IMG/VR virus record: IMGVR_UViG_3300023070_000001
Coordinates: 1-64,000 of that record
Direction: 5' to 3' (one strand)
Length of the DNA: 64,000 nucleotides
DNA from: a virus
Taxonomy: Duplodnaviria; Caudoviricetes
Of this stretch, positions 1 through 8,253 are shown piece by piece (the stretch's first letter is position 1; each line of letters begins with the position of its first letter). The translations under genes and the position numbers were made by a program. The notes under the pieces are model-generated. The model was not told where the DNA came from, ran no database searches, and was given only the letters and a program-made list of their open reading frames with translations.

Positions 1-47
1 TATCCATTGCTTTACGGGTTTGGTAGGATCGATTTTATCCGTTACGT

Positions 48-191
48 TCATGATCTCTTTTTCTTAAGATGATCTTTAATCATGATACATTCCCTGCAAT
101 TGATTTCATTCCAGTTAATGTTTTTAGACTGTCCATTAATTTTGCCGCAGCCAGTCTTACTGAAGTCATTCTTTTTAAAGTGAATAATCAT
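48..191 (-). CDS. 47-aa His/Cys zinc-finger-like microprotein (MIIHFKKNDFSKTGCG...NCREC)
   Basis: Hand-translated ORF below the track cutoff; start overlaps the stop of the upstream ORF; H..CG..W..CxxC pattern shared with 188-337 and 12156-12323. Confidence 0.6.
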   Translation of the reverse strand: MIIHFKKNDFSKTGCGKINGQSKNINWNEINCRECIMIKDHLKKKRS

Positions 192-337
192 CCAGACATA
201 CCTCGCCAGCTATCGTTATTCATCTTCTTACAGGCAGAGCAGGTAACCTTACTCCAAAGTTTAGTTACCTGCACCTGCTCTTTCAAAAGAAAACAATCTG
301 TACGCTTACCGTTATCATGATGCACTGGCTTAGCCAT
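188..337 (-). CDS. 49-aa His/Cys zinc-finger-like microprotein (MAKPVHHDNGKRTDC...VTCSAC)
   Basis: Hand-translated; coupled to the end of the 330-1121 gene; paralog-like motif. Confidence 0.6.
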   Translation of the reverse strand: MAKPVHHDNGKRTDCFLLKEQVQVTKLWSKVTCSACKKMNNDSWRGMSG

Positions 338-1121
338 TTACTTTCTCCAAAGGAATTAGCTTATTTCGTTTTGCCATGTGAATACTCATATAATTATGAG
401 GTGCCATGAACTCACGGAAGTTAGTAACAATAAATCGAGCTGACCTACCCTTAGTTAGAGAGGTAATAGTTTTCTTCAATGCCAGCTTGTAAGCCAGTCC
501 AGCAGAGAACTTGTAGTTTGTAGGAATCATCCAACGCTCTAGAGCAGTTGCACAGATTTCCTCACGAAACAGTAGTACCTGCTGCTCAAAGGTAAGACCA
601 TTCCATAGCTTATCAGGATCAATATCTACTGTTTCGCCATCCTTGAGGATTAGTTCATACAGAGGATGGTCGCCATAAGCAACACTATCATGGATGGAGT
701 CGTGATCATAGATACGCACCACAGCATCCTTGAAGAACATACCAGCAGCCTGCGCTAGATTCATCTTCTTGGAGCCGTGCTTCTCAATCCAGACCTTGTA
801 AAGAAGCTTATGTAGCTCAAGGTCTAGAACAGCACCACGATCCTGTAGGAATAGGATATCGCACATGTGCTTATCCCAGGAACCATTCTTCAATTCCCAG
901 TAGGCATGAGATACCTTAATAGTGTAAAGCTCATCGAGAGTAGCGAAACCATTACGGTCTAGCTGCGTACCAGCAAAACTTTCATGCCAGAAATCATCAC
1001 TAGATTCTGGATAGAATCCCATTTCAGGATGAGGGCGAGCAAATACATCAAGGTCTTTAGGTTCACGAACTTCATTAGGAAATAGTCTGTGCATGGCTGT
1101 AGAGCCAATGATCAGTGCCAT
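330..1121 (-). CDS. Pol-beta superfamily nucleotidyltransferase-like phage protein
   Basis: N-terminal hhGS-x13-DLD motif (IIGSTAMHRLFPNEVREPKDLDVF); 263 aa. Confidence 0.6.
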   Translation of the reverse strand: MALIIGSTAMHRLFPNEVREPKDLDVFARPHPEMGFYPESSDDFWHESFAGTQLDRNGFATLDELYTIKVSHAYWELKNGSWDKHMCDILFLQDRGAVLDLELHKLLYKVWIEKHGSKKMNLAQAAGMFFKDAVVRIYDHDSIHDSVAYGDHPLYELILKDGETVDIDPDKLWNGLTFEQQVLLFREEICATALERWMIPTNYKFSAGLAYKLALKKTITSLTKGRSARFIVTNFREFMAPHNYMSIHMAKRNKLIPLEKVNG

Positions 1122-1441
1122 CTAGAATCCTCAACTCTAGTTAGTCGTAAATACAATCCATAAGTTTCATAGCCTTTTAGGAATCCTTGCACGACCCAAG
1201 TACTCATAACATGACCATGAGGACCGCAATTAGTATTAACTAGTTTGCTAGTTGCATAATTTAGTGTTTTACCTGTGCACATAACTCCCGAATACCTTAC
1301 ACCACGATAATTATCTAGCCAGCGATTGAACTCAGCCAAATCTAAAATAGTTTTAAGATACTCTATACTGTAGCCACTAAGGCAATTAGGTGGTGGAGAG
1401 ATCACAAGTAGTTTACCTGGGGAATGAAAATTATAACTCAT
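1112..1441 (-). CDS. hypothetical protein starting 1 nt after the tRNA-Ser discriminator
   Basis: 109-aa ORF, ATG at N73-C-ATG, 3' end overlaps the next gene. Confidence 0.5.
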   Translation of the reverse strand: MSYNFHSPGKLLVISPPPNCLSGYSIEYLKTILDLAEFNRWLDNYRGVRYSGVMCTGKTLNYATSKLVNTNCGPHGHVMSTWVVQGFLKGYETYGLYLRLTRVEDSRWH

Positions 1442-1442
1442 G

Positions 1443-1525
1443 CGGAAGGTAAAGGAGTCGAACCCTCAGGTGTTACCCTGGCCCGGTTTTCAAGACCGGT
1501 TGCGTACCTCTACGCGCTACCCTCC
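1443..1525 (-). tRNA. tRNA-Ser(TGA), long variable arm
   Basis: GGAGGGT/ACCTTCC acceptor, CT-TGA-AA loop, GGTTCGACTCC T-arm, G73. Confidence 0.9.
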
Positions 1526-1554
1526 ATAATGCCCGAAGGCATCCTTACATTATA

Positions 1555-1758
1555 TCAGTTTTCCCAGCTTAGTACAAGCTTGGGGTCTCCGTCAAGTGAT
1601 GTCATCAGATTATAGGCAATCTTGTTGAAGTTCACTTGATCAATCTGTAGCATCTGCTCTGGATCAGAAGTACCATAATCCAGTAGTGCTTCATCCATGT
1701 CTACATCATAGTATCCACGTAGTGTTACATGCATACGACGAATAGCCATGTCATCCAA
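1555..1758 (-). CDS. hypothetical protein
   Basis: 67-aa ORF on the coding strand, coupled to the upstream ORF. Confidence 0.55.
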   Translation of the reverse strand: MDDMAIRRMHVTLRGYYDVDMDEALLDYGTSDPEQMLQIDQVNFNKIAYNLMTSLDGDPKLVLSWEN

Positions 1759-1879
1759 ACCAGTTATCTAGATGAAGTACTACATAAATCAGAGCCCAGA
1801 TAATAACACCCCAGATACCCAGACCTAGTAGAACTCCTGCAATCCAGAACTTACCGAAATGCTTAAAAATAAAATCCAT
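1751..1879 (-). CDS. 42-aa single-pass membrane protein (MDFIFKHFGKFWIAGVLLGLGIWGVIIWALIYVVLHLDNWFG)
   Basis: Hand-translated; one hydrophobic helix; stop/start overlaps at both ends. Confidence 0.6.
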   Translation of the reverse strand: MDFIFKHFGKFWIAGVLLGLGIWGVIIWALIYVVLHLDNWFG

Positions 1880-2271
1880 TATCGAACCTCTACCTCAGGA
1901 ATAATTACAGAGGGCTTGAAGACAACCTTATAGTGGTTGGGGCTGACACCAGAGGTACCAAGCTGCTCATACCACCACAGTACGTTATCTGACTTACCAA
2001 GAGCATTTCGCTTATACTCGTTACCAACCTTGCAGGTAACAGTCATACGATTAGCATCACCAGGATCAACTGAGCAGAATCCCTCAACAGTCATGATGTA
2101 CTTGTCAAGGATAGCGTTATAAAACACTACTCGACGGTTAACCTTAAAGTTATCTGCGTCCTTGTTCAAATTCTCATTAACAACATCTGCATCATCAGTA
2201 GTACAGGCTGTCATACCAAAGCTGGCACCAATGAGAAGGACAGCAGCAATAGCCTTAAACTTATTACGCAT
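1879..2271 (-). CDS. lipoprotein of a widespread phage family
   Basis: Signal peptide II with lipobox GMTAC; NENLNKDADNFKVNRRVVFYN motif; start moved to MRNKF. Confidence 0.75.
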   Translation of the reverse strand: MRNKFKAIAAVLLIGASFGMTACTTDDADVVNENLNKDADNFKVNRRVVFYNAILDKYIMTVEGFCSVDPGDANRMTVTCKVGNEYKRNALGKSDNVLWWYEQLGTSGVSPNHYKVVFKPSVIIPEVEVR

Positions 2272-2413
2272 TACGAACCTCTTCATCATAATCACAAACT
2301 TCACAAGGATATTCTTGAGACACCTTTTTTTGCGTTACAGGACAATTAGTTTTGCCATATTTACAGCCGTGATCGACACAGCAATGTGTTGCGTGTACTC
2401 TATCGTTTTCCAT
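2264..2413 (-). CDS. 49-aa Cys-rich microprotein (HCCVDHGCKYG..CPV..CEVC)
   Basis: Hand-translated; ATG 1 nt after the tRNA-Ile(TAT) discriminator; 6 Cys and 3 His. Confidence 0.65.
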   Translation of the reverse strand: MENDRVHATHCCVDHGCKYGKTNCPVTQKKVSQEYPCEVCDYDEEVRNA

Positions 2414-2414
2414 G

Positions 2415-2496
2415 TACGAGCCGTGGGACTTGAACCCACCTGGACCAACTACGGCATTATAATCCCCCGCTTATAAGACGGGACCGGTACACTCGC
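2415..2496 (-). tRNA. atypical tRNA-Ile(TAT): no D-arm, extended variable arm
   Basis: CCCGT-CT-TAT-AA-GCGGG anticodon arm, GTGGG-TTCAAGT-CCCAC T-arm, GCGAGT/GCTCGT acceptor, only 7 nt where the D-arm should be. Confidence 0.65.
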
Positions 2497-2500
2497 CTGT

Positions 2501-2573
2501 TAAGGCCAAGGTCTCGAACCTTGCTTTATTCTCTCACCCTACCATGGATTCTAGGTGTCAGTCTAGCGGCCTA
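2501..2573 (-). pseudogene. degenerate tRNA-like sequence (only the T-arm is recognisable)
   Basis: CAAGG-TTCGAGA-CCTTG T-arm, imperfect acceptor, no clear anticodon loop. Confidence 0.3.
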
Positions 2574-2618
2574 CTATCCTGAACGAAAGTATCACCCCAG
2601 TCGGTGCCTTCAAGAACT

Positions 2619-2647
2619 ACTCTAGCAGAGTCACCAGCTACCGTCAA
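2619..2647 (-). promoter_or_regulatory. sigma70/HrdB-type promoter TTGACG-N17-TAGAGT
   Basis: Matches the recurrent promoter consensus. Confidence 0.7.
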
Positions 2648-3249
2648 TACCTGTTGACCTGGGTATTTCCATCGCCAAACTGGATTCCACGGGAGTGTGA
2701 GACTTTTACAGTTCTAGCTAACTCATAATCCATTAGCCATTCATGCATTTCTCTTTCAACCTTAGCATTTGCCAGAGCATGATGAATAGGCTGATCTGCA
2801 CTACGTAGATCAGGAATACGAACATCTAGCCTTTGAGCCTCTTGTCTAATATCATTAGTCCACATAGGAATAGTCTCAGGTAGATTAGCCATTGAGCCGA
2901 AGAGTTGCCCTAGGCATACATGGTCATAACCAGAGTACCAACCCCACAATTGCAGGGGCTTGTTATCTCGGCCTTGCGCATCAGTAAGAAACTCATGAAC
3001 CTTCATGCGAATAGATAGGGTACTTCTAACAATATTATTTCCAACACCACTGACAATAGCAGCATTATGCTTAGCGGATAGCTTAGGTACTACATTTGCT
3101 ACTAGCCATTCATGCTTAAGGATTCTACCCCAAGGTGCATCAATAAATTCATAATAAAGCTCATAACCATCATCTGTTACCATACCTACAGAGAGAGGAT
3201 GAACACTATTACCACTCTCTAGAAATTCCCAGTCATGATAAACCTTCAA
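2644..3249 (-). CDS. DEDD 3'-5' exoribonuclease (Rv2179c/DUF5051-like)
   Basis: YHDWEFLE ExoI motif, SVGMV..DG.ELY, YDHV.L.QLFG, HHAL.NA. Confidence 0.8.
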   Translation of the reverse strand: MKVYHDWEFLESGNSVHPLSVGMVTDDGYELYYEFIDAPWGRILKHEWLVANVVPKLSAKHNAAIVSGVGNNIVRSTLSIRMKVHEFLTDAQGRDNKPLQLWGWYSGYDHVCLGQLFGSMANLPETIPMWTNDIRQEAQRLDVRIPDLRSADQPIHHALANAKVEREMHEWLMDYELARTVKVSHSRGIQFGDGNTQVNRY

Positions 3250-3288
3250 TTTACTCTCCTAATTAATACTCACATTAGCAATAATGCG

Positions 3289-3313
3289 GAAAAGGGAGCC
3301 CGAAGACTCCCTT
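3289..3313 (-). terminator. intrinsic terminator
   Basis: GGGAG-TCTTCGGG-CTCCC followed by TTTT on the minus strand. Confidence 0.65.
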
Positions 3314-3317
3314 TCGT

Positions 3318-3776
3318 TTATCCGCCTGACTTTCCCCCGCCAGATCCTCCACCAGCCTTACCACCTGCTGATCCAACCTTAGCGCTAGATCCAGGACCGC
3401 CCTTACCGATTACGCCAGTCTTAACTGTACCGTTTGAAATCTTACCAGTAGAGGGAAGCCCAAACTTAGTTCGACTAGCTTTATCTGTCACAGAGAACTT
3501 GTGCCCCGCAGCAGGTAGTCTTGATCCTGTAGCATAGTTTCCATTAGATCCATGAACTGATGTGCCACCAATCCAAATGAATGTACCTGGATTGTAATTG
3601 CTAGAGGTTTCATCACAATAAGATTCATCGATAACTACACCCTCTGCATTTGAACAATACGCATGTCCATCCTCATTAGGATCTTCGGCAGTATCACATG
3701 CCATCAATGCTCCACTAACAAGAGCTAGAGTTAGAGCACTAGTACCAACTCGGCGCGACATCATGCGTCGGGTCAT
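3318..3776 (-). CDS. lipoprotein with Gly/Lys-rich tail
   Basis: Lipobox ALMAC; C-terminal GGKAGGGSGGGKSGG. Confidence 0.75.
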   Translation of the reverse strand: MTRRMMSRRVGTSALTLALVSGALMACDTAEDPNEDGHAYCSNAEGVVIDESYCDETSSNYNPGTFIWIGGTSVHGSNGNYATGSRLPAAGHKFSVTDKASRTKFGLPSTGKISNGTVKTGVIGKGGPGSSAKVGSAGGKAGGGSGGGKSGG

Positions 3777-3840
3777 CTGGACCGATCGCCCTTTCTGTGT
3801 TTGTCTATTGCTATGAGCCTACCAGCAGTACCTTAAGATG

Positions 3841-4419
3841 TCAAGAGACCTTAATAGGTGTCTCCCCATAAGCCTTAGCACATGTAGTCCCCATTACAGG
3901 ACCAGTACGTACAACATAGTTATTAGCTGGATACTTGATTACCTTATGAATACCTGTGTGAAACTCAGCACACCAATTAGAGCGTGCTCTTGCATCAGAT
4001 GGAGCATTCTTTCCATCGATCCACATATCGTATTGAGGATAACCTGGCTCATCAACATTAGTATGACATGGACCATTCTCAGGGTGAGGGCCATCACCAC
4101 AAGTATCCTCTACAATGAAATACTTCTGAAGAGATACCATATAGAACTTAACTCCAGGAGCAATATCAATTACATCATTTCCTGATGCCATAGAATGTCC
4201 TACTGCTAGAGTAATAGGATCATTAAAGGTACCTGTTCCTGCTGCCTGAGTGTGGATTACAGGATGAGAGATAGCTGCTGTACCAGGAGGTGTATTATCC
4301 CAGTAAGTATAGCCTGTTAGATAAGCATAATGTGTATACTCTGCTGCCTGAGCTGGCCCTGCAAACCCCAGAACTGCTACCATCAAAGATAGAATGGCTA
4401 CTGCTATAATTCTTTTCAT
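3841..4419 (-). CDS. secreted 3D/double-psi-beta-barrel-like protein (possible cell-wall-active enzyme)
   Basis: Sec signal peptide MKRIIAVAILS...PAQA; GTGTFNDPITLA and KYFIVEDTCG motifs; start moved from 4524 because a terminator lies in the extension. Confidence 0.55.
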   Translation of the reverse strand: MKRIIAVAILSLMVAVLGFAGPAQAAEYTHYAYLTGYTYWDNTPPGTAAISHPVIHTQAAGTGTFNDPITLAVGHSMASGNDVIDIAPGVKFYMVSLQKYFIVEDTCGDGPHPENGPCHTNVDEPGYPQYDMWIDGKNAPSDARARSNWCAEFHTGIHKVIKYPANNYVVRTGPVMGTTCAKAYGETPIKVS

Positions 4420-4440
4420 ATTTAACTCCCTAACGCAGAA

Positions 4441-4464
4441 AAGGCACACCAATTGGTGTGCCTT
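4441..4464 (-). terminator. perfect palindrome, terminator-like
   Basis: AAGGCACACC-AATT-GGTGTGCCTT followed by TTCT on the minus strand. Confidence 0.6.
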
Positions 4465-4468
4465 GCTT

Positions 4469-4600
4469 TCAAACTTTCTTTTGCTTAGCCTTCTTTTCAG
4501 CATCAAGAACGCTTTTACCATCACCCTTTTTGGTCTTAGCGCCCTTATGCTCAGGCTTGGACCTCATTTGAGGATCATCTGGGTCTTTATAATCAGACAT
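4469..4600 (-). CDS. 43-aa Lys-rich microprotein (MSDYKDPDDPQMRSKPEHKGAK...)
   Basis: Hand-translated; purine-rich RBS region upstream; ends just before the terminator. Confidence 0.5.
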   Translation of the reverse strand: MSDYKDPDDPQMRSKPEHKGAKTKKGDGKSVLDAEKKAKQKKV

Positions 4601-4632
4601 TTATATCCTTTGGTTAGTTTACAAAGTTTTGA

Positions 4633-4712
4633 ATAGGGAGGGCGAGTCTCTTGCACGACTCCGGGATCACCAGGCTTCCAGAATTACAGCAGAATTGAAC
4701 TGCTCCCTCTAT
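4633..4712 (-). ncRNA. candidate tRNA-like ncRNA with T-arm preceding D-arm
   Basis: AGCAG-TTCAATT-CTGCT, then GGA-AGCCTGGTGA-TCC, then GAGTC/GACTC hairpin, closed by GAGGG/CCCTC. Confidence 0.4.
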
Positions 4713-4836
4713 GTGACCCTACCTTTTTCAGTCAAGCACTGAGATAGTCAATTGTGTAGCCACGCAGGACTGCACTCTCAACACTCTAAAGCTGGTTAGG
4801 CATATAGAGCAAGGTTACCACCCTTGTACCTCTCTG

Positions 4837-4906
4837 TGCCCCAGGAAAGAGTCGAACTTTCATGCTACTGCTTTACAGGCAGCGCCACATACCCATGCTC
4901 TGAGGC
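4837..4906 (-). tRNA. tRNA-Tyr(GTA), short variable loop
   Basis: GCCTCAG/CTGGGGC acceptor, CT-GTA-AA loop, T-loop TTCGACT. Confidence 0.75.
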
Positions 4907-4942
4907 TTACACCAGATAGGCTCTGGCTGGCCTTGTTACTAT

Positions 4943-4971
4943 AGACTAGCAGTTGTTATCTTGCCTGTCAA
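4943..4971 (-). promoter_or_regulatory. promoter TTGACA-N17-TAGTCT
   Basis: Consensus match upstream of tRNA-Tyr. Confidence 0.75.
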
Positions 4972-4975
4972 GTAC

Positions 4976-5398
4976 TTACTTGCGCTTTGCAGTGACAGGC
5001 TTAGGAGCTACAGGCTTAACTTTGATAATCTTAGGTGCAGGCTTAGCAGGAACAGCCTTAGGTGCAGAATTAACTTTAGCCTTTTCAGCCTTCTTGGGCT
5101 TCTTAGCCTTCTTGTGAGAACCGCCAGATTCCTCACCCTCCTCCTCATCCTGGAGCTGCACTCCTACAGGAGGCTCCCAGTTATCAGGAGAGTGAGATAC
5201 CTGACCCTGCTGAACCCAACTGTACCAAATCCACTGGTTGCTATCGTCCAGGTAGCCGCAATCAGAGTCATGCTCGATCTGATCGCCCTTATCACACTCA
5301 AGGTCATAGTTGGAGTTAGACTTATCACCACAACCTGTCAGAGTACCGGCCATCATAGCAGCACCCAAAGTGATTGCAGCCAGCTTACGGAAGTTCAT
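4976..5398 (-). CDS. lipoprotein with acidic linker and Pro/Lys-rich tail
   Basis: Lipobox TLTGC; C-terminal PKAVPAKPAPK...KRK. Confidence 0.75.
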   Translation of the reverse strand: MNFRKLAAITLGAAMMAGTLTGCGDKSNSNYDLECDKGDQIEHDSDCGYLDDSNQWIWYSWVQQGQVSHSPDNWEPPVGVQLQDEEEGEESGGSHKKAKKPKKAEKAKVNSAPKAVPAKPAPKIIKVKPVAPKPVTAKRK

Positions 5399-5438
5399 AG
5401 ATATCCTTCAACTAGAGTTTGTCTTGCTGATGTGAACT

Positions 5439-5467
5439 AGCTTAGCGGACCTAAGCCCTACTGTCAA
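5439..5467 (-). promoter_or_regulatory. promoter TTGACA-N17-TAAGCT
   Basis: Consensus match. Confidence 0.75.
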
Positions 5468-5586
5468 CTGTGAGGTGGGACAGGTTTGTTAGGGTGTCCA
5501 CCGATCTTGGCAATACTCTTGTGGCAGCGAGGGCATTGGGTCTGCTTATGTGTCTTAACCCATGATTTCCCTGAACCTGGGCACAT
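5464..5586 (-). CDS. 40-aa zinc-finger microprotein (MCPGSG...CPRC...PPH)
   Basis: Hand-translated; CPGSG/CPxC/PxH pattern typical of small actinophage proteins. Confidence 0.55.
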   Translation of the reverse strand: MCPGSGKSWVKTHKQTQCPRCHKSIAKIGGHPNKPVPPHS

Positions 5587-5602
5587 CTTACTTCAACCCC
5601 TT

Positions 5603-6847
5603 TTAATCTGTCAAGCCAGCACGATAACTGAGAAGCTGGCTAATAGTAGCGATAGCTAGAGTATCATCATCCTTCAAAAGAATAGGAGCTTTATATAGCT
5701 TAGTGTCCTCACCTAGCATGAATCTACATTCTTTCTGCGGATGAGCCTTAAGCATTTCTGCTAGATGATAGCAGTTAACTACAATAGTTCTAGGCTTACC
5801 AGACCACTTACAAGCAATTACATGATTAGCTGAATTAGTTTCACCCTTGGCAGTAATACGCATTTGGTTGTTTTCAATAACCATACCGATAGCGCTTGTT
5901 ACTGAATCCAGAGCAAACCTCACCTGCTTAATAGCAGTAATAAGTTCCTGCCTATCCACTAATAGCTCCTGGTCATTACTGAGAGCAGGACGTAGCCATA
6001 GCTGCTCTACGTTTGGGTAGACATTAGTAAGCTTATTGATATAGAGAATTGTAGTACCCACCCTGAAGATTAGCTTACCGGGAATACCTGCAATCTCACC
6101 GATCTCTAATGTCTCAATATCAGTACTTCCAAGTACCTTCAGGATTACTGCAATACTATCAGATGGAAGTTGCATAGATAGATTGAAACCATCAATCCTA
6201 GTCTGTTGGAATCGTGAACCATCGCAGGCAGTGAATTTACCACCTTTGATATTGATTACCTTCATACTGGCTTGTCCAGAGAAGTCTTTCCCAGGAAGCG
6301 CATACTTAACAGCAGTAATAGCGTTAAGAAACCTCTGCCTATCAACCTCATGGAATGTAACATCATTAAGGTTAGACATCTTAGGAAAGTCTCGACCAGA
6401 TGCCATAGCTACCTCAGCACTAAAGCTACCAGATACAATAACTGCACCTGATAAAGTGACTTCAATGAATACAGTACTTCCTACAGTAGTTTCTTTAATG
6501 ATAGTAAGCAATGTTCTTGCAGGAAACACATCTACTCCTGCAACTTTAGTATTTACCTGAGTAGTAGATACTACCATAGAGACAGTTTCAGAGCTTGCAA
6601 TTACCTTTAACTCATCTTCACTTACATGAAATTGAAAATTAGTAAGTACAGGAACCATATCTCTTGATGGTACTACAGAGATTGCTCTCTCAAGTAAAGA
6701 GAGCAATACCTCTCGCTGAACTTCAAAGCACGTACCAGATACTTCTGTAGCTGTTAGAGAGTTAGTATGTGCTGACCTAACCTCTATTGCTGGCGTAACT
6801 GACTCTTCCTTTTCAAGCCAGCCTAAGATATCTAGATCAACTGACAT
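5603..6847 (-). CDS. dnaN: DNA polymerase III beta sliding clamp homolog
   Basis: VVPSRDMVPVLTNF, DFP, ACDGSRF, YPNVEQL, VNCYHLAEMLKA motifs of the three-domain beta clamp; ~40-aa N-terminal extension. Confidence 0.85.
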   Translation of the reverse strand: MSVDLDILGWLEKEESVTPAIEVRSAHTNSLTATEVSGTCFEVQREVLLSLLERAISVVPSRDMVPVLTNFQFHVSEDELKVIASSETVSMVVSTTQVNTKVAGVDVFPARTLLTIIKETTVGSTVFIEVTLSGAVIVSGSFSAEVAMASGRDFPKMSNLNDVTFHEVDRQRFLNAITAVKYALPGKDFSGQASMKVINIKGGKFTACDGSRFQQTRIDGFNLSMQLPSDSIAVILKVLGSTDIETLEIGEIAGIPGKLIFRVGTTILYINKLTNVYPNVEQLWLRPALSNDQELLVDRQELITAIKQVRFALDSVTSAIGMVIENNQMRITAKGETNSANHVIACKWSGKPRTIVVNCYHLAEMLKAHPQKECRFMLGEDTKLYKAPILLKDDDTLAIATISQLLSYRAGLTD

Positions 6848-6857
6848 TCCCAAACTC

Positions 6858-7106
6858 CTAAAGGTTCATAGCATCTAATTTGTGTTCGGCCTCATCAATT
6901 AACTCCTGAGCCCTGGCTTGGATCTTCGCTAGTGTAGCACGAGCATCAGCTAAGTTGTCAATCCCAAAGTCATCCTTGAGTACCTGCATAGCCTGCTCTA
7001 ATTGCCTCTCAGCAGATTCTTTCGTAGCCTCTGCTCTGTACTTAGCTGACATAAATTCTTGGCTACGTGCTTTTAATCGTTCAATAGCTGAGTCAATATC
7101 TTCCAT
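6858..7106 (-). CDS. coiled-coil hypothetical protein
   Basis: 82 aa, heptad pattern, RBS upstream. Confidence 0.65.
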   Translation of the reverse strand: MEDIDSAIERLKARSQEFMSAKYRAEATKESAERQLEQAMQVLKDDFGIDNLADARATLAKIQARAQELIDEAEHKLDAMNL

Positions 7107-7240
7107 TAGTACCTCTTTTTAATGACTTTAGTAGTTTTGCACGTATCACAATAGCCAAGTTCTCCTGGCTCTGCCACATGAATAACTACTGCCTTATTAT
7201 GTCCACAACTAAGTACTACTAGAACTCTTTTCTGCGCCAT
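7106..7240 (-). CDS. 44-aa zinc-ribbon microprotein (LSCGH...YCDTC)
   Basis: Hand-translated; stop/start overlaps at both ends. Confidence 0.55.
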   Translation of the reverse strand: MAQKRVLVVLSCGHNKAVVIHVAEPGELGYCDTCKTTKVIKKRY

Positions 7241-8031
7241 TAAAATAGTTTCCTTTGGAATTTAGCGCACTTATGTGCAACTTCACAGAATGAGCATCCT
7301 GCATTATCAGGTTTTGGGTCGAAGTTGCCATCCCATACATCACGCATCATCATATTAATGCGTCCCCACATTTCAGCTCTATGTGAACTGTCAAAGTAAA
7401 ATTCCTTAACCTGCTCATCGCAGAGAGGTTGAATAAGCCCAGCCTTAATAGGAGGCTCACCGAACATACTCAGAATTACCAAGTCATAGAATACTAACTG
7501 ACCTACTGTCTTTTTCCAGTAATCATTATCAGCAGTAGTCTTAAGATCCCAAATAATGAATTTGCCATTATTATCTCTTACCAGAAGGTCAAACTCTCCA
7601 CGGAGAATGATCTCTTCTACCTGACCAGTTTTAGGATTCTGAATCTTAACAGGGACACTGAACCACTTAGCAGGCTCATAATCAAATGGTAATACGCGAG
7701 CCCTTAGAATAGGCTCTAGTAATAAGGTAGCTGCCTTACAGGCTGTGTGAATAGTCTTTTTATCATTCTTATTGCGCCACTTGATAGTATCCTGCTCTTG
7801 AGCCTTAGCGATAGCTTTATCGAAATGCTCATCTACTAGGTCTACCATACTACCTACAGGATTATCTAGCCAAGTCTTTTGAATGGAGTCAACAACATTA
7901 CCCGCAAGGAAGTTTCTTACATCTCTTCCCTTAACTCCATAACCTTCGCTGATAAGATGTTGCTTCTGCTTACAAAGCTCATGGCGCTGTAGAGCACTCC
8001 ATGATAGCTTATAACGTTCATCTTTAGTCAT
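7240..8031 (-). CDS. Cas4/RecB-like PD-(D/E)XK exonuclease with Fe-S cysteines
   Basis: LSWSAL..HELC; GEFDLL...WDLKT; QL.FY; C-terminal CSFCEVAHKC. Confidence 0.85.
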   Translation of the reverse strand: MTKDERYKLSWSALQRHELCKQKQHLISEGYGVKGRDVRNFLAGNVVDSIQKTWLDNPVGSMVDLVDEHFDKAIAKAQEQDTIKWRNKNDKKTIHTACKAATLLLEPILRARVLPFDYEPAKWFSVPVKIQNPKTGQVEEIILRGEFDLLVRDNNGKFIIWDLKTTADNDYWKKTVGQLVFYDLVILSMFGEPPIKAGLIQPLCDEQVKEFYFDSSHRAEMWGRINMMMRDVWDGNFDPKPDNAGCSFCEVAHKCAKFQRKLF

Positions 8032-8075
8032 GTGGAACTCATCTCAAAATAGTCGTAGATCAAGTATAGCACAGC

Positions 8076-8234
8076 TTATCCTTGCAGCTCAAGGCGCCTT
8101 TTATGGTAGCTGTTCAGCTTATGTCCCTGACTATAAATGTAGGCATTACGTTCCTCTAGAAAAGGAAAATAGAGCGGACACAATGAGCAACAAAAGAAAT
8201 ACCATTTGTAGTCATAATCAAAGATTACTCTCAT
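8076..8234 (-). CDS. 52-aa hypothetical protein
   Basis: Hand-translated ORF filling the gap between nuclease genes. Confidence 0.4.
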   Translation of the reverse strand: MRVIFDYDYKWYFFCCSLCPLYFPFLEERNAYIYSQGHKLNSYHKRRLELQG

Positions 8235-8253
8235 GTAGTCCACTCTAATCACC

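Noticed and set aside
7240-8031. Cas4-like gene as evidence of a CRISPR system
   Set aside because: No repeat-spacer array or other cas genes; stand-alone Cas4/RecB nucleases are common in phages.
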